From positions 110,670,001 to 110,734,000 of the forward strand of contig OX597821.1 in NCBI GenBank assembly GCA_951406725.2: a DNA stretch of 64,000 nt, read 5' to 3'. The notes under the pieces were generated by a model that was not told the origin of the DNA, did not search any database, and saw only the letters and a list, made by a program, of their open reading frames with translations. Below, piece by piece: positions 14,807-27,896 of the stretch. The position numbers were made by a program, and so were the translations under genes. This DNA is from Octopus vulgaris. Its lineage: Eukaryota. Position 1 is the stretch's first letter. Each line of letters starts with the position of its first letter.

Positions 14807-14841
<35 letters not shown>

Positions 14842-14910
14842 CAAGAAAGAAAGAAAAAAAGAACAGAAGAAAGGAAGAAAGAAAGAAAGAAAGACAGAAA
14901 GAAAGAACGA

Positions 14911-14981
<71 letters not shown>

Positions 14982-14985
14982 GAAG
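14768..14985. repeat. (AAAG)n microsatellite
   Basis: Directly visible. Confidence 0.97.
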
Positions 14986-15434
14986 AGAGAGTTGTATATA
15001 TATAAAGCATAAGCATAAATATGTACAGATAATGAGGGGGAAAAGAGAGAGAGAGAGGAGATAAGACAGACAGACAGTCGGACAGACAGGCTGAGAGATA
15101 CATGCATACATGTATGTTATATAAATATGTATATGAATATGTGTATCTACAATATGTGTGCGGGTGAATGCTTCTTGTATGTTAGTGTGTGTGTGTGTGT
15201 GTGTGTGTGTGAATATGTATGCATGTGTGTGTGTACATCCATAAACTATTGCGATTTGAAATTCAGTGAAGAGAATGCCTCCCCAAAGACTAAATTCGTG
15301 TCATCGGCATCACCGACCGCGCGCGGTCATATCTCATCTTACATCATATCTCATGTTCTATTGACGTCATTACGTGAGAATATCGCTTTGTGATAATACA
15401 TACTTGTATATGTATCCGTGTGTGTGTGAGTGTC

Positions 15435-15465
<31 letters not shown>

Positions 15466-16077
15466 GTGGTAACGTGTGAAGGGCTGATGCTGGCCGATCA
15501 TTCTGTGTAACTTTTTAGCAGGTACTACATAAGCGTAATAGAAATCCCAGGAGAGGTTCCAAAATCAACAGGCGAAAATTACTTCGGCACAGTTTCTCCA
15601 TTGGCGTTATTGATATCCTTAATCTGGTGGTGACAAGCAACCAATATTACGAAACACATAAATATATAAATCACACGTGTCGAAAGTTTAATGAATACAA
15701 ACAACAACAACAATCCTTTTTTCACATTAACGAAACTATTGTTAAGTGCAGCCTTTAACTCTTGTAAAGGTCGACTACAATACAAACGCCCAGATGGATT
15801 TTAATATGATCTTCTGTGCACAATATAATATTTAAAATTCAGAAAAACAAGTCCCAGTAGATATTGCAGGGTGGTACAATTGCAACATATAAAAATATGT
15901 TGATATTTGCGTATTTTATTCAGGCAGTTCTCAATTGTCTTGGTTTTTTTTCTTGCCCCTGGAGACCAGAAAATCAAGAAGAGAGTATGGGGTAGTTGCT
16001 GTACAATTCTGGTTAATCCACATTTGTTTGTAAGGAGCATAGGACCGATTTCTCTGACCTGTATGTATTCCTACCTT

Positions 16078-16255
16078 CGACGGGTTGCCGCCGGTCCGTC
16101 ACAAGATTACTCTTTTTCGCCAGCTGAGTGAACTGGGGCAACTTGAAATGAAGTGCATTGCTCAAGATCACGACGCATCACCCGATCCAGGAAGGGAAAC
16201 CACAATCAAAAAGTCATGAATGCAACACCGTAACAACTAAGCCGTGCGCCTCCAC
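16078..16255 (-). mobile_element. tRNA-derived SINE, head H2 (diverged)
   Basis: GTGGAGGCGCACGGCTTAGTTG.. and TCTTGAGCAATGCACTTCATTTCA, as in 34496-34835 and 53713-53976. Confidence 0.75.
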
Positions 16256-16287
16256 TATATAATTCTACCACACCTTAAAAATCTTGT

Positions 16288-16465
16288 ACAAGTGAGGGGT
16301 GCTGAAAAGTTCTTGGCTTTAAGGGTCTCACGAAAGGCCTGGCTGGAGGCACAACTTTTCGAGTTCATTTACAGAGCTAAAAAAATCTGAAGGACTGCTG
16401 CAATAAGTGTGTGAATCTGAGGATGGAATATGTTGAATAAAATCATAATTAGTTCATCCTCCATG
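16288..16465 (+). mobile_element. Non-autonomous mariner-derived element (partial); same family as 62342-62562
   Basis: GAGGGGTGCTGAAAAGTTCTTGGCTTT terminus and GAATATGTTGAATAA (EYVE*) transposase end. Confidence 0.7.
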
Positions 16466-16799
16466 TGAATGCCCTTTGACGGTAGACGAGTGTCAGTGAC
16501 AACAGGCCTGGATAACCGGAAGCTCAGGGTATGTGTTCATTGTTTGACAAAGGAGGTAGTGCTGAACGGTGGATCCTCAAGTATTGAGCAGCCCTATTGC
16601 TATTCCCTGCCCCTATTGAAACCGTCGGTTTTATACCAATATTGGCGTAATAAGCCACCCCAGAATCCACAAATGGTGAAGCTGCCGAAGAGACATGAAG
16701 GATGAACAGACACTTGCAAACAAAATAAAACAAGTCATACACGTTACGTAAGAACAGCTATGGTGTTTTACTATTTGCCAATATAATGGAAACCTAATT

Positions 16800-16960
16800 T
16801 AAACATTCTATAATGACATTTATAACATCAATACATGAGCAAAATAAATAGCGGCTAATCTTAACAAAGACAACAAGTTCAGCTGCAAACACATACATTA
16901 CACTCAAAGATCATAGGACGTCGGTTTATTAGCCCTGCCAAAACTGAATTACGATTAAGA
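16800..16960 (+). mobile_element. Possible Penelope-like RT N-terminal remnant
   Basis: YITLKDH and RFISPAKTEL resemble PLE FITLKDHK...RLINPxKxEL; frameshifted. Confidence 0.4.
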
Positions 16961-16984
16961 AACAAAATAAATAAATAAATAAAA

Positions 16985-17386
16985 TATTCTTTTTTCCTCT
17001 AGGCACAAGGCCAGAAATTTTGTGGGAGGGGGGCCAATCGATTAGATCGACCCCAGTACGCAACTGGTACTTAATTTATCGACCTCGACAGGATGAAAGG
17101 CAAAGTCAACCTTAGCGGAATTTGAACTCAGAATGTAAGGACAGATAAAATACCTATTTCTTTATTACCCTCAAGGGGCTAAACACAGAGGGGACAAACA
17201 AGGACAGACATAGGTATTAAGTCGATTACATCGACCCCAGTGCGTAACTGGTACTTAATTTATCGACCCCGAAAGGATGAAAGGCAAAGTCGACCTCGGC
17301 GGAATTTGAACTCACAACGTAACGTAGACAAAATACCGTTAAGCATTTCGCCCGGCGTGCTAACGATTCTGCCAGCTCGCCGCCTT
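16985..17386 (-). mobile_element. Family B SINE dimer with internal L1/Tx1-like tail
   Basis: Head AAGGCGGCGAGCTGGCAGAATCGTTAG, B box GAGTTCAAATTCC, body TTTCATCCTTTCGGGGTCGATAAATTAAGTACCAG twice. A further copy lies at 17580-17730. Confidence 0.88.
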
Positions 17387-17740
17387 GAATAGATAAAAAC
17401 ATTAAACTAAGTACAAATGTAGAAAAGAAAACTTCATTTTTTGTGGGGTAAATTGTTTTAAACAAATCGTGAGTAAACACCTAAGCAAATTTATCCATTT
17501 TACCACGTTGATCTTTATCTAACATCAATGATCGTTTCTATAAAGCCATAAAGTTTACATGTACGTTTTCAAAAATAATGGTTTCCAATTTGGGCACAAG
17601 GCCAGCAATTTCGAAGAGGGGTAAGTCGATTACAGCGACCCTAATGTCCATCTGGTAATTATTTAATGACCCTCGAAGGATGAAAGGCAAAGTTGACCTC
17701 AGCGGAATTTAAACTCAGAACGTAAAGACATAATGATATG

Positions 17741-20420
17741 TGTATTGTGGAGATAATAGTAATAAGGATACACCCTTCTCCCGTGACGAGTTGTATGTGT
17801 TAGTCGCTATAAATAAGGTGACGTCGGTCAGTATAAACAGAGAGTACGAAGTAGACAGTCATAGATAGTTGTGGTCTTAGTTGTCTTACTAATTATAATG
17901 CGATGCAAGAGTTGGCGTTATAACAATCCGACATTAAAGATTGCAACAGTGGCGACGGGTAAGTAACAAACCCCAAAAAGTTTGGTTTTTTTAGAGCGAA
18001 TTTTACGAGAAAAAAATCGTAAAATTATGGAAAATCTGTTGGCCGATTTGCTCGAGTTTCAAAAACAGCAACAACTGAAAGAACAACAACAGCAGCAGAC
18101 ACAACTGCAAGAACAACAGCAGAAACAACAACAATTACTATTACAGCAACAAATGATGCAATTAATGGAAAAATAAATCGTCAGGAAATACTTTAAAAAT
18201 GTTCTCGCCAGGTTGTGTTGTGAACTAGACGAAGGAGTTGCCTTCGAGGCTTACTATAGATGATACGAACAAATCTTCAATAAAAAGTGCAGATATTGGG
18301 ACAACGATATGAAAACGCGATTAATCCTAAGAAAACTACAGCAGGAGAATATGAGCGTTACAGAAATCACGTACTCCTGAAAAAAACCTTCTGGCATAAA
18401 CTTTAAAGCTACAATAGACATTTTGTGTAAAATGTTTAGTGAGAGAAGCTCGTTGTTCAATACACGTTGAAAATGTTTGAACCTGGAAAGGAACAATGAG
18501 GACAACATCACATATGCTGGTAGAGTTAGATGAGAATGTGAAAAGTTCAAACTGGACGAATTAACGCCAGATATGTTCAAGTGCCTGATATTGATTTACT
18601 CAGGGACTGTCTGCAGAAACAGACGCAGAAGAAAGAACAAGAATTCTCGCTAAGCTGGAACAAAACCAAGCTGTAACCTTACAAGTGTCAGAAGAGTGTG
18701 AAAGAATAGTAAGTTTAAGATACGACACGGAGAAAATTGAATATGAAGATTGCTCCCAAGTGAAACAGGCAGAATAGAAATCAAGTGTGTACTAAAATAC
18801 AGTAGGACAAGAATCAGGGAAAAGATCCATGTTTTGCATGTGGATGTCAACATCTGAGGAAAAACTATCCATTTAAGAAAACGGAATGCTTCTGTTGTAA
18901 AAAAATTGGACACGTAAAAGCGCACTGTAAAACCAAGATGATAAAACGTTGGAACAAAGAAAAAGAGTAAACAAGATGTCGTCGAAAGAAGATGGTAATG
19001 TGAAAAAGAGAAAATTCGTAAATGTGAAAATTAAAAATATGAGTTAAAATGCAGTTAGACACTGGGAGTGATATTACCATTGTGAATGAAGAAATTTGGA
19101 AATATATCGGTAAGCCGAAATTAAGTAAATCCACAAAGTAGCACACAATGTTACGAGTAAAAGATTGTGTGTTGTCGGTGAATTTGTGTGAAATGTAACA
19201 GTTAATTTCTTTATTGCCCACAAGGGGCCAACGAAGAGGGGGACAACACATCATGATTTGGGGTCACGAGATACAGATGAAATTTACATAAAATTGAGCT
19301 TTAAAAACGTTTACATGAAATAACAAAAAATCGAAGAAATCGAATGATACACAATGTTTTTAACAACAGCACGACATAAAAGGAACAACACGAAGTGGGA
19401 ACACCAGGATTGCCGACCCCACGAGCCCTGTTTTTCCCACCGAAACTCGGTAGCCAACTTACAGCATGTTCACGTGGCCCCTTTCACTCGCAGCAATCGT
19501 GCCACACGTTTCCATATTTTGTCGAACTCACACGCAGACAGACACCTTTTCTCTAACTCCACCTTTCTTTTTAGGTGGAACCTGAAAAAGGTCATGTGAA
19601 ATGTAACAGTTTGTGACCAATTAAAAACGGCAAAGATTTATGTGCTAAAAAATTCAGTTAATCTATTCGGCAGAGTGGATGGAGTTATTCAAATTGTGGA
19701 ATACGCCCATAAGTGTTTTGTGTGGGAATATAGTCGGTTCGGCCGAAGGTTCGAATAAGGCTGAATGACTGGAACGAAAAATAAAACATTTATTTCCAAA
19801 TGTTTTGTCGGAAGAACTGTTGCACGAAAACAAAGCCGAAAATTGCAGTAAAACGAAGTGTAACACCTGTATTTGAACCAAAACAGAATGTGCCGTTCGC
19901 AGCAAAAGACCAGGTAAACTAGGAGCTTGAAAGACTTGAAAACCTAGGAATAATCGAGAAGACGGACCACTCAGACTGGACATCACCTACGGTCCACGTA
20001 AAAAAGAAAAATAACAAGTTAAGAGTTTGTGCAGATTTTTCAATATGTTTGAATGATTGCTTAATCTTACTTAACAACCCACTACTAAGTCCTGAAGATG
20101 TATTTTCAAAACTGAATGGAGGGAAATTCTTCTCAAAATTAGACCTCTCGGAGGCATATCGACAAATCCAAGTAGAAGAAGAACGCTCACGCTTATTACC
20201 CATCAATACACACCGTGGCTTATTTAAATTTAAATTTAAATTCCCTTCAGTGTAAAAGTGGCTCCTTCCATATTTCTGCAAATAATGGATACACTGCTGG
20301 GTGACAGTGATTTTACTATCGCCTATTTAGACGATATTATAATGAAAAGTCAATCACATGAACAACATGTAAAACACGTTAAAAGGGTATTCGAGAGGAT
20401 TAGAGAATACGGTTTCAAGT
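17741..20420 (+). mobile_element. Ty3/gypsy LTR retrotransposon remnant (5' LTR, PBS, gag, protease, RT)
   Basis: TGT...ACA LTR at 17741-17948, then PBS TGGCGACG at 17950. Zn knuckle CFCCKKIGHVKAHC, protease LDTGSD, RT FSKLDLSEAYRQI and YLDD. Many stops. Confidence 0.9.
19204..19594 (-). mobile_element. 5'-truncated L1/Tx1-like retrotransposon 3' end inserted in the gypsy element
   Basis: 17-bp TSD TGTGAAATGTAACAGTT at 19187-19203 and 19595-19611. Peptide FFRFHLKRKVELEKRCL..FDKIW. Ends GCAATAAAGAAATT. Confidence 0.7.
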
Positions 20421-21984
20421 TAATAAATATAACAATTCGTAAACGTATAAACAGTTTTTCGTTTCATGAGGCAACAGTTTACAAAGTGAAACAAACATAA
20501 CCTCGCAGTCGTCTATAGCCATGTCAAAATCACAATAATACATAGACTTACTTACTTGTACTTGTGGCGAGATTCACCTGAGCGGGTTGAGTCGGCTTCT
20601 TCTACCACCCTCGAGGCATCTCGAACCATGGCAGCGGAAGAAGTTTTGTGGGAATATTATTTTCACAAGCGGTCCCCAACAATCCCGCATGTAGAGACAT
20701 CCTGTTTGCCGCAGATTGTCCGCAGACGCAGGGACACAATGACCGAGGAGCCGCCGGTTGCCGAAACAGACACTCCGAGGATTTTCACCGGGTTGTGGCC
20801 CTAATACCACTCGGTGTCAGACCAATCCGCCTTGGGTGGCCCTACCAGGAACCGAAGTTCCCGAAGGCACAGCTCTGACACTACCCGTTGCCAGCGTCCC
20901 CACCACGTTGAGGAGGGGATGGACTCGTCTATTACAAATCAAAAACATATACTGCAAAGGGAGAGAAATACGATCTGCTTCACTTCTCCTGTTCAGCAAG
21001 GACTTTGTAAGCTATTCACTTCATATGATCCTTGTTTTCAGTTAGATTCTTTTGCGTGATATCTTGAGCAAGTTTCTTCATTTATTAAGGCCACCAATCG
21101 ACCAGAGACGTGTGAAAGATATCTGGCAGACAGAAACACTGTCAAAGTCAGTCTGAAGAATTGTTCTTGTTGTTAGGGTGTTCACTTAATTCGCCACCCA
21201 GTGTAACAAGACTATTTTGAGTACTGTTAGCAGAGTCTAACATCTTGTTTCAAACGTTCGGGTTATATCTCCAGTTTGAAGACAACTTCACCTTCATCTC
21301 CTAATGAAGTCAGAGGCCCTGAAAATTGTCATATTTGTAAGCTTTCCGCTTTTGACTACACCTTTTTAAAAGCGTTTACATATTTGGTATTTAATAGAGA
21401 ATACAAATGTTCAGTCTGGCAAACAAATTCCATCTAGAAAACTGAAATAACAGAATAAAATCAAAGAAGAGACAACGGACGAAAAATCTCCACGATGTAT
21501 CCACCATTGATAGCCAACATTGCGTAGAGTTGCTTTGGTGACCAGTTGGTGCTGACGTCATTGGGTACCGGTCTTTCACAGAGCAGATAAATAGATATTT
21601 TCGTACGTAAATTAAAACAGTGATGTGAAAATAGACTTAAATTAAAGAAAACGTGAGAGAGAGAAAAGAAACAAGAATTTGTTTTCTTTAATAGGGGGAG
21701 GGTGGAAAATGGAACTGTGGTAGTTTAAAAAAATTAATCTAATACTTTTTATTACAAGGAAGTTATTCTTTATTTATCTTATTTCTTGCTCTTCTTTTTC
21801 TTTTCATTTCTTTTCATTATTATAGAGCGTCGGAGAAAATACCTTGTGGTATTTATTCCCTCCCTTTACGTAATGAGTGTTAATTTGCATGGCTTAGTGG
21901 TTAGAGTACCTGGCTCACGATCGTTGGGTCGTGAACTCGATTCCTGGAGACACATTGAGATACTTTATTTTATGTAGCCCCAGT

Positions 21985-22105
21985 TCGCTGAGGATGAAAG
22001 GCAAAGTCGACCGCGGCGGAATTTGAACTCAGAACGTGAAAACGGACGAAATACTGCAAAGCATTCTGCCCGGCGTGCTAACGATTCTGCCAGCTCGCCG
22101 CCCTT
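21985..22105 (-). mobile_element. Family B SINE, partial
   Basis: Matches the family B head and B box. Confidence 0.85.
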
Positions 22106-22392
22106 ACCATCTTAGTAATAAGGATTTCTGACTGAAGCACAATTTGAAAGGTTATGAGTTCAAATTTTGGCATGGTCATCCTTGCTTTCATCCTTTCAAG
22201 TTCGATAAAATATGAACCAGTGTAATCGATAAGCCCATTCTCCTCAAAACTTCAAGCTTTGTACTCGCAGGCCTCAAGTAATAGCAAGCTGGAAGCTGGG
22301 TTCTGAGTGACATTTATGCATAGCAATGTTATATTGTAGAGAATGGCGAACAAATACTGAGAATTAAGACTTCGTGAAAAGTTTGTTACATA

Positions 22393-22779
22393 GGCGCAGG
22401 AGTGGCTGTGTGGTAAGTAGCTTGCTTACCAATCACATGGTTCAGTCCCAATACGTGGCACCTTGGGCAAGTGTCTTCTACAATAGCCTCGGGCTGACCA
22501 AAGCCTTGTGAGTGGTTTGATAAATGGAAACTGAAAGAAGCCCGTCGTATATATATATATGTATATATGTGTGTGTGTGTGTGTTTGTCCTTCCAGCATC
22601 GCTTGACAACCGATGCTGCTGTGTTTACGACCCCGTAACTTGGCGGTTCGGCAAAAGAGACCGATAGAATAAGTACTAGGCTTACAAAGAATAAGTCCTT
22701 GGGTCGATTTGCTCGACTGAAGGCGGTGCTCCAGCATGGCCGCAGTCAAAATGACTGAAACAAGTAAAAGAGTAAAAGA
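22393..22779 (+). mobile_element. Family A SINE (full length, internal TA/TG microsatellite)
   Basis: GGCGCAGGAGTGGCTGTGTGG..GGTTCAGTCCC..CCTTGGGCAAGTG..GACTGAAACAAGT(AAAAGAGT)n. Confidence 0.92.
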
Positions 22780-22940
22780 TTATCTGTTCGGAGTTTATTA
22801 AAAGTTTCGATAAAAATTGTCAATTCTGTAAGAGCCTACAAAAAGGTCTGAGGAACTCTACAGTTGTTTTTATTGTAACTTGAGATAAAAATCAAAGAGA
22901 GAGAGAATTTTGGGTATGGTTTGAAAATGCCCTTCCCTCC

Positions 22941-22971
<31 letters not shown>

Positions 22972-23077
22972 CTGCTATTTCCAGTAAACATTGGTGCCTT
23001 GTTGTACCAATACTCTGTATTTAAACTTCTACATTTATGGTGCTTTTTTTTACTCGAAAGTAGTACATTTGTATTGC

Positions 23078-23430
23078 GTGGGCAGTGATTGTATTGTAAG
23101 AAGCTTACTTCCGAACCACATGGTTTTGGGTTCAGTCCCACTGCGTGGCACCTTGGGCAAGTGTCTTCTACTATAGCCTCGGGCTGACCAAAAACTTGTG
23201 AGTGAATTTGGTAGACGGAAACTGAAAGAAGCCCGTCGTATATATATATTTATGTATGTATGCGTGCATGTATTTGTGTGTCTGCGTTTGTACCCATCAA
23301 CACCATCACTTGACAACCAATGCTGGTGTGTTTACGTCTCCGTAACTTAGCAGTTCGGCAAAAGATATTTCGACTAATAGGCCGTGCTCCAGCATGGCCA
23401 CATTCAAATGACTGAAACATGTAAAAGAGT
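23078..23430 (+). mobile_element. Family A SINE
   Basis: Same modules as 22393-22779, with an internal deletion. Confidence 0.9.
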
Positions 23431-23497
23431 ACAAGTAGTTGTTCTGATTCTTTTATGTTTCCTGGTGTTTCAACATCGTGTTTCAGAGTAATATTAT

Positions 23498-23558
<61 letters not shown>

Positions 23559-23618
23559 AAGTAGTAGTAATGGACTGCTCCCTCCCCAAAATTTCAGGCC
23601 TTGTGCCTGAAATTACTA

Positions 23619-23662
<44 letters not shown>

Positions 23663-23694
23663 GTTGTTGCTTTTGTTATTATTATTATTATTAT

Positions 23695-23966
23695 ATGTTT
23701 GACTTTTGCTTTATATTTGTACAAGTTGGCTCCAAGTCTCACCCGGAGACCTCAAGAGACAACAGGTTTGAAGTTCACGTTGTTGTTATGCCTAGTGTGC
23801 CATATATTTGGTTGTTTTTTGTTTTGTACTGGTGGATGTCTAAAAAAAAATGTTTGTTTTAAACCTTGAGATTACATAGAAAGTATTTTGCGTAGGATAT
23901 GAGCAGTTCCCATGAGCACTATCTTTTGAATTTCTGCCATTTTGGGGTTTCCTGGTATCTGAGTTA
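23695..23966 (-). mobile_element. R4/Dong-like retrotransposon 3' end in (TAA)n
   Basis: EIQKIVLMGTAHILRKILSM* plus 3' UTR. (TTA)n on both sides. Confidence 0.82.
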
Positions 23967-23991
23967 GTTATTATTATTATTATCATTATTA

Positions 23992-24030
<39 letters not shown>

Positions 24031-24089
24031 CATTATTATTATTATTATTATCTTTATTATCATTATTATTATTATTATTATCTTTATTA

Positions 24090-24192
<103 letters not shown>

Positions 24193-24194
24193 CA

Positions 24195-24228
<34 letters not shown>

Positions 24229-24310
24229 CCTTATTATTATTATTATTATTATCATTATTATTATAATTTTATTATTATTATTATTATTATTATTATCATT
24301 ATTATTATCA

Positions 24311-24353
<43 letters not shown>

Positions 24354-24354
24354 C

Positions 24355-24575
24355 AAGGCTGTGAGCTGGCAGAATTGTTATAACATCTGGCAAAATGTTT
24401 AGCAGTATATCGTCCGCCTTTACGTTCTGGGTTCAAATTCCGACAAGGTCGTCTTTGACTTTCATCGTTTCGGGGTCCATGAAAGAAGTACCAGTTACAC
24501 ACTGGAGACCATGTAATTGACTAGTCCCGTTCCCCAAAATCCCAGGTGTTGTACCTAGAGTAGAAAAAAATATTA
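24355..24575 (+). mobile_element. Family B SINE
   Basis: Matches the family B consensus seen elsewhere in the window. Confidence 0.85.
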
Positions 24576-24582
24576 TCAATGC

Positions 24583-24613
<31 letters not shown>

Positions 24614-25260
24614 ATTGTTATTCTTTGATTAATACTCAGCTTCTTTTGCTGGATATCATGGAAAGTGTCAGGTGCCCACAGCCAGCAGACTAAGGTGACA
24701 CTTGTTTGCTGATTATGCTTCAAGAACCCAGCAGATGTCTCTTGCAGTTCCAAGCAATGATTGGTATTCGGAGGTGTTCTACCTTTACATTTGCACTATC
24801 TTTATTACCAGCAGCAGCAGCAGTAGTAGTAGTAGTTGTTTTTGTTTTTGTTATTGTTGTTGTTGTTGTTGTTGTTGTGGCAGCAGCAGCAACATATTTG
24901 TCAACCATTGGTTCCAATGAAGCATTGTGTCTCGCATTCCGTGTTTATGTCATCACATCTTGGTTATTTAATTTCAAACATAATTATACTTCACAAATGA
25001 ATATTGGACAGCCTAGCATGGTTTAACACTCTTTAACACGCTTCAGCTAATAATTCAGGACGTCTATTTATAACCTATGTATTCAATGGGTTTTGTAACA
25101 TAGATAAATGTAAGCTCGATTGAATTGTGCGCTGAAAAAAACAACCTCAGAATCAGAAAACGTGAAAATTAGAGACGCGACTTGCGAATAATTCAGCTGA
25201 AAATGAATTTTATGATAAACAAGTAAAGAAACAAATTTGAAGAGTTTGCCTGTGTGTATA

Positions 25261-25331
<71 letters not shown>

Positions 25332-25352
25332 ATATTTATATATTTATATGTT

Positions 25353-25385
<33 letters not shown>

Positions 25386-25388
<3 letters not shown>

Positions 25389-25684
25389 GAGGTGTAATGG
25401 CCCAGTGGTTAGGGCAGCGGACTCACGGTCGTAGGATCGCGGTTTCGATTCCCAGACAGGGCGTTGTGAGCGAAAACACCTAAAGCTCCATGAGGCTCCG
25501 GCAGGGGGTGGTGGCGATCCCTGCTGTACTCTTTCGCCACAACTTTCTCTCGCTCTTTCTTCTGTTGGCCTACTCGCTTAGCCAGCGGGGTGGCGTCATT
25601 TGAAGGCTAAAAAAAAAAAACAATGTGACCAGCGATGTGTAGCAACATCTGATAGACTGGTCGGTCACGGTGATCACGGTGATA
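25386..25684 (+). mobile_element. tRNA-derived SINE, head H1 + tail T1
   Basis: Near-identical to the reverse complement of 2959-3274. Confidence 0.9.
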
Positions 25685-25746
25685 GATATATATATATATA
25701 TGTATATTTATAAATATATATATATATTTATAAATATATATATATT

Positions 25747-25797
<51 letters not shown>

Positions 25798-26000
25798 ACG
25801 CGCATGTATATAAGAATATATACATATGTATATACATGTACATATATATATGCTTAAATAAATATATAGATATATATGTATATGTATACATGCATATACA
25901 TATACATATATATATACACACATATATATTTATATATACATATATATATGTGTGTATGTATATATATATGTATTTATGTATATGTATGTACATATATATA

Positions 26001-26071
<71 letters not shown>

Positions 26072-26267
26072 ATGCATAACTAGGCATATGGTTAGCTTTA
26101 ATGGCCACCAAATAATAATCATTATGCATTCCTCTATTCATCTTGTTTCGCGATGCAAACATTATTGCTAACTAATTAGACGTTGCACTTAAACAAGATC
26201 TCTTTTCAAATTTTCCCAGAAATATCGCAGATATTATGCATATATACAAATATACATGCGTATATGC

Positions 26268-26314
<47 letters not shown>

Positions 26315-26670
26315 TATGTGTGCGTGTATAGATATATATAATATATATACATATACATATATGTATATATATACATATATATATGTGAAATGTAGACATG
26401 TATATTTGTGGATATGACTGCATGTGTATACATACATATTTTGAAGAATACAAACACATACACACACATATATCTATATACCAACAATCCAACACACCTC
26501 CATCATCAGCTGCCCCACGGATATCATTATGGTTTCGACACCTGGGCAGTACCATTCAATTTAACTGAAACACTGAAATAAGTGTTGTTTGGAAACAAAC
26601 AAACCAAAGAAACCAGAACTTCCAAACATTTATATGGATATATATACAAAATTACATACACACACATATA

Positions 26671-26738
<68 letters not shown>

Positions 26739-26741
<3 letters not shown>

Positions 26742-27765
26742 TGATTGATTGATTGATTCTAGTTTCAGCTCATGAGCTGTGGCCATGCTGGGGCACCGCC
26801 ATTTGGTGTTGCTACATGGTTTTACTTCACGAATGCTTTTTAGCAACTGCCATTTGGTGCATGAGAGAGTTCGATGCAGCTGCCCTCATCTGCACCTCCT
26901 GCCGTGAAGTTGGTTCATCTGGGATACCTGACAGGAAGAGATCCAGTTTCATTTTAAAGACATCTGCATCCACCCATGCAGGTCTCTTAGGTTCTTCGGG
27001 AGGATATTGAAGAGCTGTGGGCCTCGGAAGCCCATGCTATCACAGTATCTTGTCCTACATCTTGATGGCAAATTTGGAGTCCTAGGCACCACGCAGTGGC
27101 GCCCAGTTCTGGCATTTGTGTAACTCTCGATGCCAAAGTTGTGGACAAGTCCCTCCAGGATCTTCCAGATGTATATTATGGCATATCTTTCTCGCCTACG
27201 CTCCAAGGAATAGAGTTTTAATCTCTTGAGCCTTTCCCAGTAGCTTATATTCTGCATAGAGGCTATCTTCTTCGTGTAGCTACGTTGGATAGCCTCAAGT
27301 TCTGTGATCAACTTGACACTGGATGGTGACCATAGCTGAGAGCTATTTTTATAAGGCAGTCTTCAAACTTGCCTACATGGCCTGGGGCATCTGGAGGGCG
27401 GTATGTAGCACACACAACTACATCAAGTTGACTTATATGTACAATAGTGTGTCACACACCGAGTTTGAGTATGACAAAAGGACCTGGGGTGTGAGGTCCT
27501 CACTGATGTACATAGCAACTCCTCCATGACTCCTTTCTTTTCTGTCGGTCCGTAGTACAACATACTGTGGTATGTGTAATTCCGCATCTGCTATGTCCGG
27601 TTTCAGGTGCGTTTCCGTAAGTGCTATGCATAAGGCTTGATTGCATGCAACAAAGTCTCTCAAGAACGGGATTTTTGTCCTGTTACTGAGTGTTTGCAGT
27701 CCTCTGATGTTCAGTAGGAGCATCGAGGTGAGGTGTATGCTGTTGCTGGCGGTGTCCACCGCCGG

Positions 27766-27768
<3 letters not shown>
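26739..27768 (-). mobile_element. Internally deleted CR1-group LINE (APE N-terminus fused to post-RT C-terminus)
   Basis: LLNIRGL..IALTETHL..RTDRKERSHGGVAMYI..YRPP joined at about 27343 to SQLWSP..YSLERRRERY. (CAAT)n tail. (TA)n flanks. Confidence 0.9.
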
Positions 27769-27801
<33 letters not shown>

Positions 27802-27852
27802 CCACCGCCGGCAATATATATATATATATACATACAATATACATATGCGCAT

Positions 27853-27896
<44 letters not shown>

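Noticed and set aside
17982-18176. Poly-Q ORF as a host gene
   Set aside because: It lies just after the PBS and is the gag N-terminus of the gypsy remnant.
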